The notes: generated by a model from the sequence alone, not told the origin. Shown: positions 49,201 to 58,671, counted from the stretch's first letter. The stretch: DNA of 64,000 nt from Candidatus Moraniibacteriota bacterium (GCA_903859375.1 CAIOMK010000030.1:5238-69237); one strand, 5' to 3'. Numbers and translations are program-made.

Positions 49201-51045
49201 ATGTGTCGTATACTTCAAAAATACACCGTTCATTTCATCATCTTCATAGTTCTCGCGCTCAACCTCTTTCTCAGCCTTTCCCGACTCGGTACCTATTCCG
49301 CGGTCGACGAACCGTACTGGACCTACGGTCGCACGTCCAAGTTCTGGACCGCCGTCGATCAACATAAGTGGAAATCGACCAATATCAACGACAAGCCGGG
49401 TATCACGGTGGCCCTCTTGTCAGGTTTCGGTCTGCTGAAATACGACCCGATGCAGTACGAGCATATCAGAGGCGAGATCAAAACAGATGCGCAACGGGCG
49501 GATATCGACTCGATCAATTTCTTTTTCCGACTACCGATTTTCCTCTTCTGCACCTTCATGCTTCCGCTCTTTTATTTTTTCCTCCGTAAACTGTTCAGCA
49601 AGACGACGGCGCTCATCGGGTTCGTCTTCATCGGTCTCTCGCCGATCCTACTCGGTATCTCACTCATCATCAATCCGGACTCGCTTCTCTGGATATTCCT
49701 CCCGCTTTCCCTCCTCGCCTACCTCACCTACCAAAAGAAGCAAAAAACGGGTTATCTGATCGCGACCAGCGTCCTCCTCGGACTTTCGCTTTTGACGAAG
49801 TATGTCGCGAACATACTCTATATCTTCTTTTTCATCCTCCCGTTCCTCGAATATGTCTTCGCGGAAAAAAAGCCAGAGCTGAAAGGATATCTGATTAAAT
49901 CATCCAAAGACTATCTCGTCATCGCCACCGTCTCGATGGCGACCTACTATCTCCTGTACCCCGCCGCATGGGCACATCTGAACGTGCTTCTCGAGGGGAC
50001 GTTCCTCAGCAAAGCCTTCGTGAAAGTCTGGCCCGTCTTCGTCGGCATCATCGCCCTGATGGCCGCCGACATATATCTGTTCAAGAACCGTCTCACGCAA
50101 CCGCTCCTCGACGTCCTGTCGCGGTACCGGACCGTCCTCTCGACGGCGCTCATATCCGTCTTCATTATTCTCATCGCCGTCACGATGGCAGACACCTATC
50201 TGGGAATGAAACCATTCGACCTCGAGGCGATACTCGCTTCTCCGAAAGGCATAGGCATAAGCGGGAGCGGACTTCCGGCCGCCATCGCCGGAGCATTCCT
50301 TGCGAACACATACAGTCTCATTTTCGGAATGGATCCGATCGTCTTCATTTTCCTCATACTCGGACTGTTCTCCGTACCGTTTTCGAAACAGACGTATTCA
50401 TGGGAGAAGAAAACCACGATCTATTTCGTCTTGTTCATCGTCCTCTATTATTCCGCTTCCACGTTCAACGACGTGATCGCGACGATCCGGTACCAGATAA
50501 TCCTCTATCCGCTCGCGTTCATCATCGCCGCCATCGGCGCCACACGGCTTCTGTCATGTGAACGGGTGCGCCGGCACGTCCCATCAATCGCCGCGACGGG
50601 AGCGCTCCTCCTTATCCTCGCGATTCCGTTGTTTCAGGTAAAACCGTTCTATTTCACGTACGCCTCGCCACTTCTTCCCGAACAGTATCTCCTCAACACC
50701 AAGGACATGGGAGACGGGAGCTTCGAGGCCGCCTCCATGCTCAACGCCCTTCCGAACGCACGCGATCTCGTCGTCTGGTCAGACAAGGGAGCGGTCTGTA
50801 CCGAATTCATCGGCACCTGCAATATCGGCTTCAGCAAGAAAGATATAACCGGCAAGAGCTTCGATTATTTCGTCATCTCGACGGGGCGCATCAGCCGATC
50901 GATGAAACTTTCGGGTGCCGTGAACGACATCATCGACTTCAGGAAGCTGTACGATGAGAATACACCATACGAGGCCAGTATCGTCGTCGGTGGCCGTCCG
51001 GACAATTTCGTGAGGGTTATCAAAGCGTCGGCAATCGCCAAATGA
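49201..51045 (+). CDS. GT-C ArnT/PMT-like glycosyltransferase with canonical DE-type loop motif, paralog H
   Basis: 614 aa. AVDEPYWTYGR in the first loop is the classical DE motif of the PMT/ArnT family (DEPYY-like). Multi-TM. Confidence 0.65.
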   Translation: MCRILQKYTVHFIIFIVLALNLFLSLSRLGTYSAVDEPYWTYGRTSKFWTAVDQHKWKSTNINDKPGITVALLSGFGLLKYDPMQYEHIRGEIKTDAQRADIDSINFFFRLPIFLFCTFMLPLFYFFLRKLFSKTTALIGFVFIGLSPILLGISLIINPDSLLWIFLPLSLLAYLTYQKKQKTGYLIATSVLLGLSLLTKYVANILYIFFFILPFLEYVFAEKKPELKGYLIKSSKDYLVIATVSMATYYLLYPAAWAHLNVLLEGTFLSKAFVKVWPVFVGIIALMAADIYLFKNRLTQPLLDVLSRYRTVLSTALISVFIILIAVTMADTYLGMKPFDLEAILASPKGIGISGSGLPAAIAGAFLANTYSLIFGMDPIVFIFLILGLFSVPFSKQTYSWEKKTTIYFVLFIVLYYSASTFNDVIATIRYQIILYPLAFIIAAIGATRLLSCERVRRHVPSIAATGALLLILAIPLFQVKPFYFTYASPLLPEQYLLNTKDMGDGSFEAASMLNALPNARDLVVWSDKGAVCTEFIGTCNIGFSKKDITGKSFDYFVISTGRISRSMKLSGAVNDIIDFRKLYDENTPYEASIVVGGRPDNFVRVIKASAIAK

Positions 51046-52787
51046 CACAACCTATGCCCATCACATCGTTACAAGAGCGACTGCTCCGATATTTCAACGG
51101 GAACCGAAGAGAAATCATCGCCCTCATACTGATACTCTGCATCGGTATTTTCTTGCGCACCTACCACTTTTCAGATTGGCTCCATTTCGAAATGGATCAG
51201 GCCATCGATTACGATCTCGTCTCACCCGCGGTCGACTTCGGTCCCGGTCATCTCCCTCTCCTTGGGCCCAATGTCGGCGGAGGATTGCTTCGTCTCGGCC
51301 CCGCATTCTATTACATGGAATATGTGAGTGCGGTCATCTTCGGCAATACGCCGACCGGACATGCCATGCAGGTATTGATCCTTTCGATACTCTCGCTCCC
51401 GCTGTTCTACATATATTGCCGACGGTTTTTCTCCACAATCGAGTCTCTCGGATTGTTGGCTGTCTTTTCGACCTCAGTCTACCTCGTGATGTATTCGCGT
51501 TTTTCCTGGAGTCCGAATGTCCTGCCGTTCCTGTTCCTCGCATCGTTCTATGCGCTTCTCCGGTCCGTATCCCCCGGCGAGCGCCATCCGGCGAGATGGT
51601 TCCTCACGGCAGTCGTAGCGGTCACCATCACTTCACAGATACACTTCAATTCATTCTTCGTTACCCCGCTTATCGCAGTGGCATTCACGGCGATCAAACG
51701 GCCGCGTTTTCCCCTCAAGGTCTGGCTCGCGGGCCTCGCGATCATCCTCACCCTGTATTCCCCGGTCATTCTCAATGACATCCACAACAACAGGGAGAAT
51801 CTGCATTATCTCCGTGAAAAATTCGACAAGACGAAGCCGGGCAGTCTCGTCATGACGGACACGTTGATCCAGACAGTCGAATATGACGCCTACGAATTCT
51901 TTTTCATCACGACCGGAACCGATCTGATCAACGGCATCAAACTGAAAGACTACGGGTTCTCATGCAAGACGTGCGGCGAAAACATGGGACTGAAAATATT
52001 CTCACTCGCGCTCTTCCTCACCGGCCTGGTGTCTATCGCAATCATGGTATGGAAAGAGCGTGACGCGAAGCGGAAGGACTTCCACATCCTGACGCTCCTC
52101 TGGTGCCTGGTGTCCTTTTATCTCATATATTCCATCGCCGATGGCTACCGGATGTATCCGAGATTTTTTCTTCTGCTCGCGCCGCTTGCGGTCATCCTCT
52201 ACGGGTATATCCTGCATCTCATCCAACCGAAACACGGACGAGTCCGATTCTGGATATTTATCTCAATCATCGTAACACTCGTCACGCTCAATATCCACGC
52301 GATCCTGCCCATATTCGACCAGCTCCGGAACGAATCGTTGTCCAAAGGCATGGAAATCGAGGTCGGTGACATCTTCCCGAATACGAACCGCATCACACTC
52401 GCACAACAGACCGCCATCGTCGACTATATCGTGTCGAAATACCGGGACAACGAATACCCGACGTATCTACAGTCGGAATCGGAGTACGAACCGGCTTTCT
52501 GGGCGCTTCTGGAAAGGCACGGTATCCGATACCGTGACGAGATCCGCGACAGCTCGCTCTATTCCGAAGGAAATTACTTCGATATCCGATATGCGGATGA
52601 TACATTCGATACGGATTCAAAGTACACCGTTCTCGAAACGAAACCGTTCGGTACACTGACAGTGAGGTTCTTCAAACCACTTGATGCGGTCGTCGTGGGA
52701 ACCCGTCAATCCGATTCCGAATACAAACAATCCGAAGTGGTCACCGTCATCTCGAAACTACTCAGATGGGACGAGCTGTTTAGATAA
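51042..52787 (+). CDS. GT-C ArnT/PMT-like glycosyltransferase, paralog I
   Basis: 581 aa. FLRTYHFSDWLHFEMDQAIDYDLV signature. ATGA overlap with paralog H. Confidence 0.7.
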   Translation: MTQPMPITSLQERLLRYFNGNRREIIALILILCIGIFLRTYHFSDWLHFEMDQAIDYDLVSPAVDFGPGHLPLLGPNVGGGLLRLGPAFYYMEYVSAVIFGNTPTGHAMQVLILSILSLPLFYIYCRRFFSTIESLGLLAVFSTSVYLVMYSRFSWSPNVLPFLFLASFYALLRSVSPGERHPARWFLTAVVAVTITSQIHFNSFFVTPLIAVAFTAIKRPRFPLKVWLAGLAIILTLYSPVILNDIHNNRENLHYLREKFDKTKPGSLVMTDTLIQTVEYDAYEFFFITTGTDLINGIKLKDYGFSCKTCGENMGLKIFSLALFLTGLVSIAIMVWKERDAKRKDFHILTLLWCLVSFYLIYSIADGYRMYPRFFLLLAPLAVILYGYILHLIQPKHGRVRFWIFISIIVTLVTLNIHAILPIFDQLRNESLSKGMEIEVGDIFPNTNRITLAQQTAIVDYIVSKYRDNEYPTYLQSESEYEPAFWALLERHGIRYRDEIRDSSLYSEGNYFDIRYADDTFDTDSKYTVLETKPFGTLTVRFFKPLDAVVVGTRQSDSEYKQSEVVTVISKLLRWDELFR

Positions 52788-52806
52788 GACTGATACGATA
52801 TTCACA

Positions 52807-54486
52807 ATGACTCATCGTATGAAACATATCGCGAGATGGGGAATAGGCATGCTTTTCCTCCTGACCTTGGCAGGCGCGTTTTCGCCGTTTCCGAAACGGA
52901 TACTCGATACGGCCGAATGGGCGTGGATACCGGACAGGGTCGACATCCCGTCCCAATCCGCATCTCTGCTGCACCCATCCTCTCCTCTTCCGGCCCGTTA
53001 CGAAACGACCGAACTCGCGATATTCAATGACGGAAGCACGGTCACGCCGCCATTCGATATGCCGACCATCGTCCAACCGGTGTTCCCCGACCGGACCTGC
53101 GACATCTCCTCATATGGCTCCGTCGATGGAGGAATCGTCAAGAATACCAAGGCGATCGACGATGCCATCTCCGATTGTGCAAAGCAAGGCGGCGGTCATG
53201 TCGTGATTCCGAAAGGAACCTGGCTTACCGGAGCGGTGCATCTACAGGACAATATCGACCTTCATTTGGAACCGGACGCTTCACTCGTGTTCAGCCCCGA
53301 TCCGAACGACTATCTCCCCGTCGTACTTTCGCGATATGAAGGCATCGACGTCTACAATTACTCCCCGCTCGTCTATGCATACGGGAAGCAGAACATCGCC
53401 ATCACCGGCAAAGGGAAACTGGTCGGCAACGGAAAAAATTGGGAAGGCCTCGGTGACCTGGGTGTCACACACGATCTGTATGCCATGGGAGCCTCGGGTG
53501 TCCCGGTCCCGGAGCGCGTCTTCGGATCGACCGAAAAAATGCTTCGACCCTCGTTCGTCGAATTCCTGAACAGCCGATATATCCTGCTCGAGGATTTCTC
53601 CATCGACGGCGGTCCGATGTGGACGCTGCATCCGACTTATAGCCGGGATATCGTCGTCCGGAACGTTTCCGTCATCACGGACGGTCAGAACAACGACGGT
53701 CTGGACATAGATTCCTCACAGAACGTGCTCGTCGAAAATTCACTTTTCAACACGAATGACGATGCCATTGCGATCAAATCCGGCAAGGCGCAGGACGGTT
53801 TGAAAGTCGGTATTCCCACGGAAAATGTCATCATCCGGAACAATGTCGTCGAAGGCGGTCATGGTGGGATAGCTATCGGAAGCGAAATCGCCGGAGGGGT
53901 ACACAATGTGTTCGGTTACGATTGCACCATGCGCGGCATCCAATATGGCATCAGGTTGAAGGCGCTTGCGACTGAGCAGGTCTCAGCAAGCGACCTGTGG
54001 TTCCGCAATATCATCGCGGACAAAGTCTTGTTCGACACTATACAGATGACCATGCACTACGGTTCTGATCAGGCGGAGGGCGAACCGACAGGAGTACCCG
54101 TTTTCAAAAATATATACTTTTCCGGCATTACGAGTCCCCGAACCCGCGGGTCGATAGAGCTCGACGCGCTCGAGAGCAGCCCGATACAAAACGTGACGAT
54201 CGAGAACACGGATATCACGGCCGGAACCGGTGCGACCATGAATAACGTTATCGACATAACCCTGAAATCCGTTTCTATAAAACCAAAATACGAACCATTG
54301 TTCACCATCACGAACGGTCGCAACGTGTTCATCGATCCGCTGCCATGCACCGCCCCGATGAAGATATGTGCCACAATCGACGGTGCCCTGACGGAAAGTG
54401 TCTCATTGAAACCGAAAACCGGGTCCCTGCCACAGAAAAAAATCCGGATAGGCGCCGACGTCCCGGACGGACAGGTAACCTACTGA
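52807..54486 (+). CDS. secreted glycoside hydrolase family 28-like (right-handed beta-helix; polygalacturonase/rhamnogalacturonase-type)
   Basis: Start at the ATG at 52807 (MTHRMKHIARWGIGMLFLLTLAGA, signal-like). Four GH28 signature segments: QNNDGLDID (NTD-like), NTNDDAIAIKSG (DD), GGHGGIAIGSE (GHG) and GIRLKA (RIK-like). Confidence 0.65.
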   Translation: MTHRMKHIARWGIGMLFLLTLAGAFSPFPKRILDTAEWAWIPDRVDIPSQSASLLHPSSPLPARYETTELAIFNDGSTVTPPFDMPTIVQPVFPDRTCDISSYGSVDGGIVKNTKAIDDAISDCAKQGGGHVVIPKGTWLTGAVHLQDNIDLHLEPDASLVFSPDPNDYLPVVLSRYEGIDVYNYSPLVYAYGKQNIAITGKGKLVGNGKNWEGLGDLGVTHDLYAMGASGVPVPERVFGSTEKMLRPSFVEFLNSRYILLEDFSIDGGPMWTLHPTYSRDIVVRNVSVITDGQNNDGLDIDSSQNVLVENSLFNTNDDAIAIKSGKAQDGLKVGIPTENVIIRNNVVEGGHGGIAIGSEIAGGVHNVFGYDCTMRGIQYGIRLKALATEQVSASDLWFRNIIADKVLFDTIQMTMHYGSDQAEGEPTGVPVFKNIYFSGITSPRTRGSIELDALESSPIQNVTIENTDITAGTGATMNNVIDITLKSVSIKPKYEPLFTITNGRNVFIDPLPCTAPMKICATIDGALTESVSLKPKTGSLPQKKIRIGADVPDGQVTY

Positions 54487-54517
54487 GTCGGCTCTAAATC
54501 ACGAGATCACTCCAATC

Positions 54518-55741
54518 ATGAAAAGTCTTATTCCGTACAAAAGACAGGCGGCCTTTGTCGCACTCATCGTTTTCGCCTTCGTGGTCTGGATCGCCGTCAT
54601 CGTGCTCGGTGACAAGAGTTATGTCGACGAAGGGACGCACGCACGGCAGATCCAACGGTTTTTCAAGGGCAACTATTCGATGCTGGACGACCTGACCAAT
54701 ATCCCCGGTTATCACGTGACCGTGGCAACCATCGAAAAAATAGTTCATCCGAACGAGAAGTATCCCCCGCTTGCGGAATCCAGATCGGTCAGTCTCGCCT
54801 TGTCAGCCACCTCTCTGCTGTTGTTTTATCTCATCTCCAAAAAAATCGGCATAGGCGATCCGAAAATGCGGACCCTTCAATACGCATTTTTTCCGATAAC
54901 ATTTCTCTATTTCCCCCTCGTCTACACGGACATATTCTCACTCGCGTTGCTACTTGCCGCGTTCCTTCCGATCCTCTACCGCAAATACACGCTTTCCGCG
55001 GTCATATCGCTTCTCTGTCTTGCGGTCAGACAGGATGCCATCGTCTGGGTCGGTTTTTTCTGGCTGTTCGCCTTTGTCTCGGAATACGGATTCGTTCTCT
55101 CCATTCGGAATATTTCCCGCCATTTCAGGAACACGATCGGCTACGTGGCGGTATTGATCCTCTTTCTGTCCTTTGTCCTGTTCAACGGTGGCATAGCGAT
55201 CGGTGACAAGGAAAGTCACGTGGTCGGACTGTACTCGGGTGGCATATATTTCTTTTTGGCAACGGTCGGATTCCTGTTCCTTCCCACCCTCGTCACCTTT
55301 TTCAAAACCGCCGATTGGAACCGACTGAAAGGATATCTCACATACATATTGCCTATCGGTACCGTCCTAGGCTTGTCGTTCGTTCTATTTCCTCCGGCGT
55401 TACACAAGTACAATCTCGACGCCCACTTCATACGCAACCTCGTGTTGGAGCAGGCATATACACGATATTGGTGGCTTTATGCCGTTTCGATCGTCCTCGG
55501 TTTTTCGGCGATATACGTCATGAAAATTCAGGGGCGCTTCATCGCGCTTCTCCCGATCATCGTCCTCAGCCTGATACCGTCATTCCTGATCGAACAGCGA
55601 TATTTCATCGTTCCGCTCGTTTTTCTCCTGCTGTTCAGGACCGAATCCACAAAGCATACCGAGCGGGCCCTCACCGTCTTTTTTCTCTCCCTGTCGCTCT
55701 CACTGGTATACATGTTGCTTCGGATGGACTTGTTCTTCTAG
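54518..55741 (+). CDS. DIE2/ALG10-family-like GT-C glycosyltransferase (lipid-linked alpha-1,2-glucosyltransferase homolog)
   Basis: 407 aa, about 10-12 TM helices. First-loop motif YVDEGTHARQIQRFFKGNYS...LTNIPGYH parallels the eukaryotic Alg10 Y-x-DE-x-F-H-x-x-Q-A-Q...G...TTPPGLY block. Confidence 0.5.
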   Translation: MKSLIPYKRQAAFVALIVFAFVVWIAVIVLGDKSYVDEGTHARQIQRFFKGNYSMLDDLTNIPGYHVTVATIEKIVHPNEKYPPLAESRSVSLALSATSLLLFYLISKKIGIGDPKMRTLQYAFFPITFLYFPLVYTDIFSLALLLAAFLPILYRKYTLSAVISLLCLAVRQDAIVWVGFFWLFAFVSEYGFVLSIRNISRHFRNTIGYVAVLILFLSFVLFNGGIAIGDKESHVVGLYSGGIYFFLATVGFLFLPTLVTFFKTADWNRLKGYLTYILPIGTVLGLSFVLFPPALHKYNLDAHFIRNLVLEQAYTRYWWLYAVSIVLGFSAIYVMKIQGRFIALLPIIVLSLIPSFLIEQRYFIVPLVFLLLFRTESTKHTERALTVFFLSLSLSLVYMLLRMDLFF

Positions 55742-56685
55742 TCTCCGGAGGTCATCCGGCTTTTCAGATACATCGGAAGGGCCGTGAAGCTGACGAACAT
55801 CTGCACGATCCTGATGACGATAGATACCGCTATCACCGCCGAAGCGTCGACACCGAAATATCCGAAGAATGTCACGTACGCCCATTCCTGGACGCCGATA
55901 TTGTTGATGCTTATTGGGGCTGCCGAGACGATGCTGATGAGGAATATGACGGACAGGTAATCGAGTATGCCCACGTGGATACCGAGCGCCTGGAACATGA
56001 CGTAGTTCTGCAGAGCCAGACCGACCAGACTGAACGATACCGACAGAATCATCGCGCGTGCGAATACCCCCTTGTGTTCGTAGTATTCGTGCAGTGCGGA
56101 CAGGAATTCCAGGATCTTTTTCGGAATATGTCGCGAAAAACGATCCCAGAACGAGAACTTCATCACGTAGCCGAGGCTCGCGACCCCGATCAGACACAAC
56201 AGTATGCCGATCGTGATATACGAAAGCACGGCGTGTCCGATCACGGTGCGCCAATTGAAAATCGCAAAGAGTACAGAGAGAACCATCGCTCCGATCAATC
56301 CCGTCAACCGATCCATGACCACACTCGCGGCGGCATCCGGGAAACGCCCGCTTCGTCTGCCGATCTGATATGCCCGGTAGGTGTCCCCTCCTATGAAGGA
56401 AGGGAAGAAATTATTGATGAACGATCCGGTCAGATACAAACCGAATGCTTCCGGAAGCGAAATTTCCAATCCTTTGAACTTGGCCAACACCCGCCATTTG
56501 TAGGCGGAAAGAGTCATACCGCAAAGCAACACCGCCACATAGAGTGCGATGTGACCGATCGACAGTCGGGACAGGTACGTTCCGACCTCGGTCCACTCCA
56601 CGCGCAAGACGAGCAGATACAGGAGGATCGCGCTGACGATCAGTTTGAACGAGAATGACAGTACTTTCTTCTTGTCCATAGTCAT
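55738..56685 (-). CDS. MprF-TM-like (lysylphosphatidylglycerol synthase TM region / UPF0104) flippase-like membrane protein
   Basis: 315 aa, 8 TM helices. Conserved FINNFFPSFIGGDTYRAYQIGRRSG block typical of the LPG_synthase_TM family. No C-terminal aminoacyl-transferase domain. Confidence 0.6.
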   Translation of the reverse strand: MTMDKKKVLSFSFKLIVSAILLYLLVLRVEWTEVGTYLSRLSIGHIALYVAVLLCGMTLSAYKWRVLAKFKGLEISLPEAFGLYLTGSFINNFFPSFIGGDTYRAYQIGRRSGRFPDAAASVVMDRLTGLIGAMVLSVLFAIFNWRTVIGHAVLSYITIGILLCLIGVASLGYVMKFSFWDRFSRHIPKKILEFLSALHEYYEHKGVFARAMILSVSFSLVGLALQNYVMFQALGIHVGILDYLSVIFLISIVSAAPISINNIGVQEWAYVTFFGYFGVDASAVIAVSIVIRIVQMFVSFTALPMYLKSRMTSGD

Positions 56686-58601
56686 GATGCGACTGAGGCG
56701 TTATGCGAATCATCGTCGAAAAAAACGAGGAACCACTGCTCCAACATGATGAGCGTCCAGAGTTGCTGCGCGTGACTGACGCCCGTCTTACAGTGCTCGT
56801 CGAGCAACCGTTTCACTTCTTCCCTACGGAAGATATTCCGACTCATGGCGACGTCCGACAGCAGCAGATCATAGGCATACGTCTTGAGTTCCCCACGCAA
56901 CCACACATCGACCGGCACACCGAATCCCATCTTCTTCCGATACAGGATATTTTTCGGAATGATCTCTTCCAGTGCTTTCTTGAGTATGTGTTTTTTGTCG
57001 TTCGAGCCATTGATTTTGAGATCGTTCGGTATCTTCGCCGTCAATTCGAGGAATTCATGATCCAAGAACGGACTGCGCGATTCCAACGAGACGGCCATCG
57101 TGTCTATATCCGTCTTCGCCATCAGATCATCCGGCAAGTACGTCATGAAATCGGCATAGAGCATCTGGTCGAGCGGATCCTCGGAACCGGACTGGGTGAA
57201 ATGTCTCGAAACGTTGAGGTATGAATCCTTGTGTGCCATTTTCTCCAGGAAACCGTCTGTATACATCCGTTCTTTGGCGTCATTCGAAAAGATGCAGATA
57301 TAATTCACGTACCGATACGCGTACGGTTCGGCCATCGTTTTTGCGAAGCGGTAGGCGCGGTCAAAAAACGTGTTCCGTATAATACCGGAAACAATCCATA
57401 ATATCGGCTTCACCACGAAGCGGTTCAGTATCCGCAGGCTCTCATACCGGAGGGAGAATTTCATGATGGCATGACGCTGGTACCCCGCGAAGTTCTCGTC
57501 CCCACCGTCCCCGTTGAGCGCGACGGTCACGAAATCACGCGTCATCTTGCTCACATAATACGTCGGCAAAGCGCTCTTGTCCGCATACGGTTCCTCGAAA
57601 TGATGCGCAAGGAGCGGCACCATCCCTATGGCATCGGATTTGACGATGAATTCCTTGTGATCCGTACCGAACAGTTCCGAGATCTGCTTGGCGTAAGCGA
57701 GCTCGTTGTATTTTTCTTCCTCGAACCCGATGGTGTAAGTCTTGACCGGAGTGTCACTGAGTTTCGTCATCAGCGCGACGACCGCACTCGAATCGATACC
57801 GCCGGAAAGGAACGCACCCACCGGCACATCTGAAATCATACGGAGGCGGACAGATTCCTCCAATTTTTCCAGGATGCGTTTCTTCCACTCGTCCTCCGAC
57901 AAGTCGAGTTTTTCGGAATAATCCAGTTTCCAATACCGTTCATTCTCGACCTTTTTCGTTTTCAGGTCGATGAACAGAAAATGTGCCGGTTCGAGCTTCC
58001 TGATATCTTTGAAACCGGTCAAAGGGGCCGGACAGTACTGGAGCGTCAGATAATGATGTATCGCCTCGTAGTCGGGAGCCTTCTCGTACTCCGGCTGTGT
58101 CAGGATCGACTTCAGCTCGGACGCGAACATGAACACGTCGTCGTCGATATAATACTTGAACGGTTTCTTGCCGACCCGGTCCCGTGCGCAGAAAATGGTC
58201 CGGTCGTGCTCGTCGTAGATCGCGAACGCAAACATGCCACGGAGATGTCGCAGGCATTTTTTCCCGTATTTGTAGTACAGCGCCAAGATGACTTCCGTAT
58301 CGGATTTCGAAGCGAACGAATACCCCTCTTTCTCGAGCATCTCACGCTTCTCCCGAAAATTGTAGATTTCGCCGTTGAAGACGATCTTGTACCGACTAAG
58401 ATACCCCATCGGCTGGTGTCCGAGAGGCGAAAGGTCGATAATCGAGAGTCTCCTATGCCCGAGTCCGACTTTCCGGTCGGGTGAGACATAGACACCGGTG
58501 TCATCAGGTCCCCGATGCGTGATGGCATCGTTCATCTTTTTGACGTCTTTCGCGGTGACTTCGCCGTCTTTGAGAAATATCTTACCGGTGATTCCACACA
58601 T
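56682..58601 (-). CDS. asnB: asparagine synthase (glutamine-hydrolysing)-family amidotransferase
   Basis: 639 aa. N-terminal MCGITG (class II GATase nucleophile Cys2) and PP-loop AFLSGGIDSS. 4-nt overlap with the downstream gene. Confidence 0.85.
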   Translation of the reverse strand: MCGITGKIFLKDGEVTAKDVKKMNDAITHRGPDDTGVYVSPDRKVGLGHRRLSIIDLSPLGHQPMGYLSRYKIVFNGEIYNFREKREMLEKEGYSFASKSDTEVILALYYKYGKKCLRHLRGMFAFAIYDEHDRTIFCARDRVGKKPFKYYIDDDVFMFASELKSILTQPEYEKAPDYEAIHHYLTLQYCPAPLTGFKDIRKLEPAHFLFIDLKTKKVENERYWKLDYSEKLDLSEDEWKKRILEKLEESVRLRMISDVPVGAFLSGGIDSSAVVALMTKLSDTPVKTYTIGFEEEKYNELAYAKQISELFGTDHKEFIVKSDAIGMVPLLAHHFEEPYADKSALPTYYVSKMTRDFVTVALNGDGGDENFAGYQRHAIMKFSLRYESLRILNRFVVKPILWIVSGIIRNTFFDRAYRFAKTMAEPYAYRYVNYICIFSNDAKERMYTDGFLEKMAHKDSYLNVSRHFTQSGSEDPLDQMLYADFMTYLPDDLMAKTDIDTMAVSLESRSPFLDHEFLELTAKIPNDLKINGSNDKKHILKKALEEIIPKNILYRKKMGFGVPVDVWLRGELKTYAYDLLLSDVAMSRNIFRREEVKRLLDEHCKTGVSHAQQLWTLIMLEQWFLVFFDDDSHNASVAS

Positions 58602-58671
58602 ACGATGTTATCAATGATATATAACCAGACCGAGACGGCCACACGGCCTGCCGTACACCCGCATGATGCTC

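Noticed and set aside
55315-56658. 447-aa plus-strand ORF
   Set aside because: Antisense to the MprF-TM-like gene and the end of the ALG10-like gene. His/Arg/Asp-rich with no fold signals.
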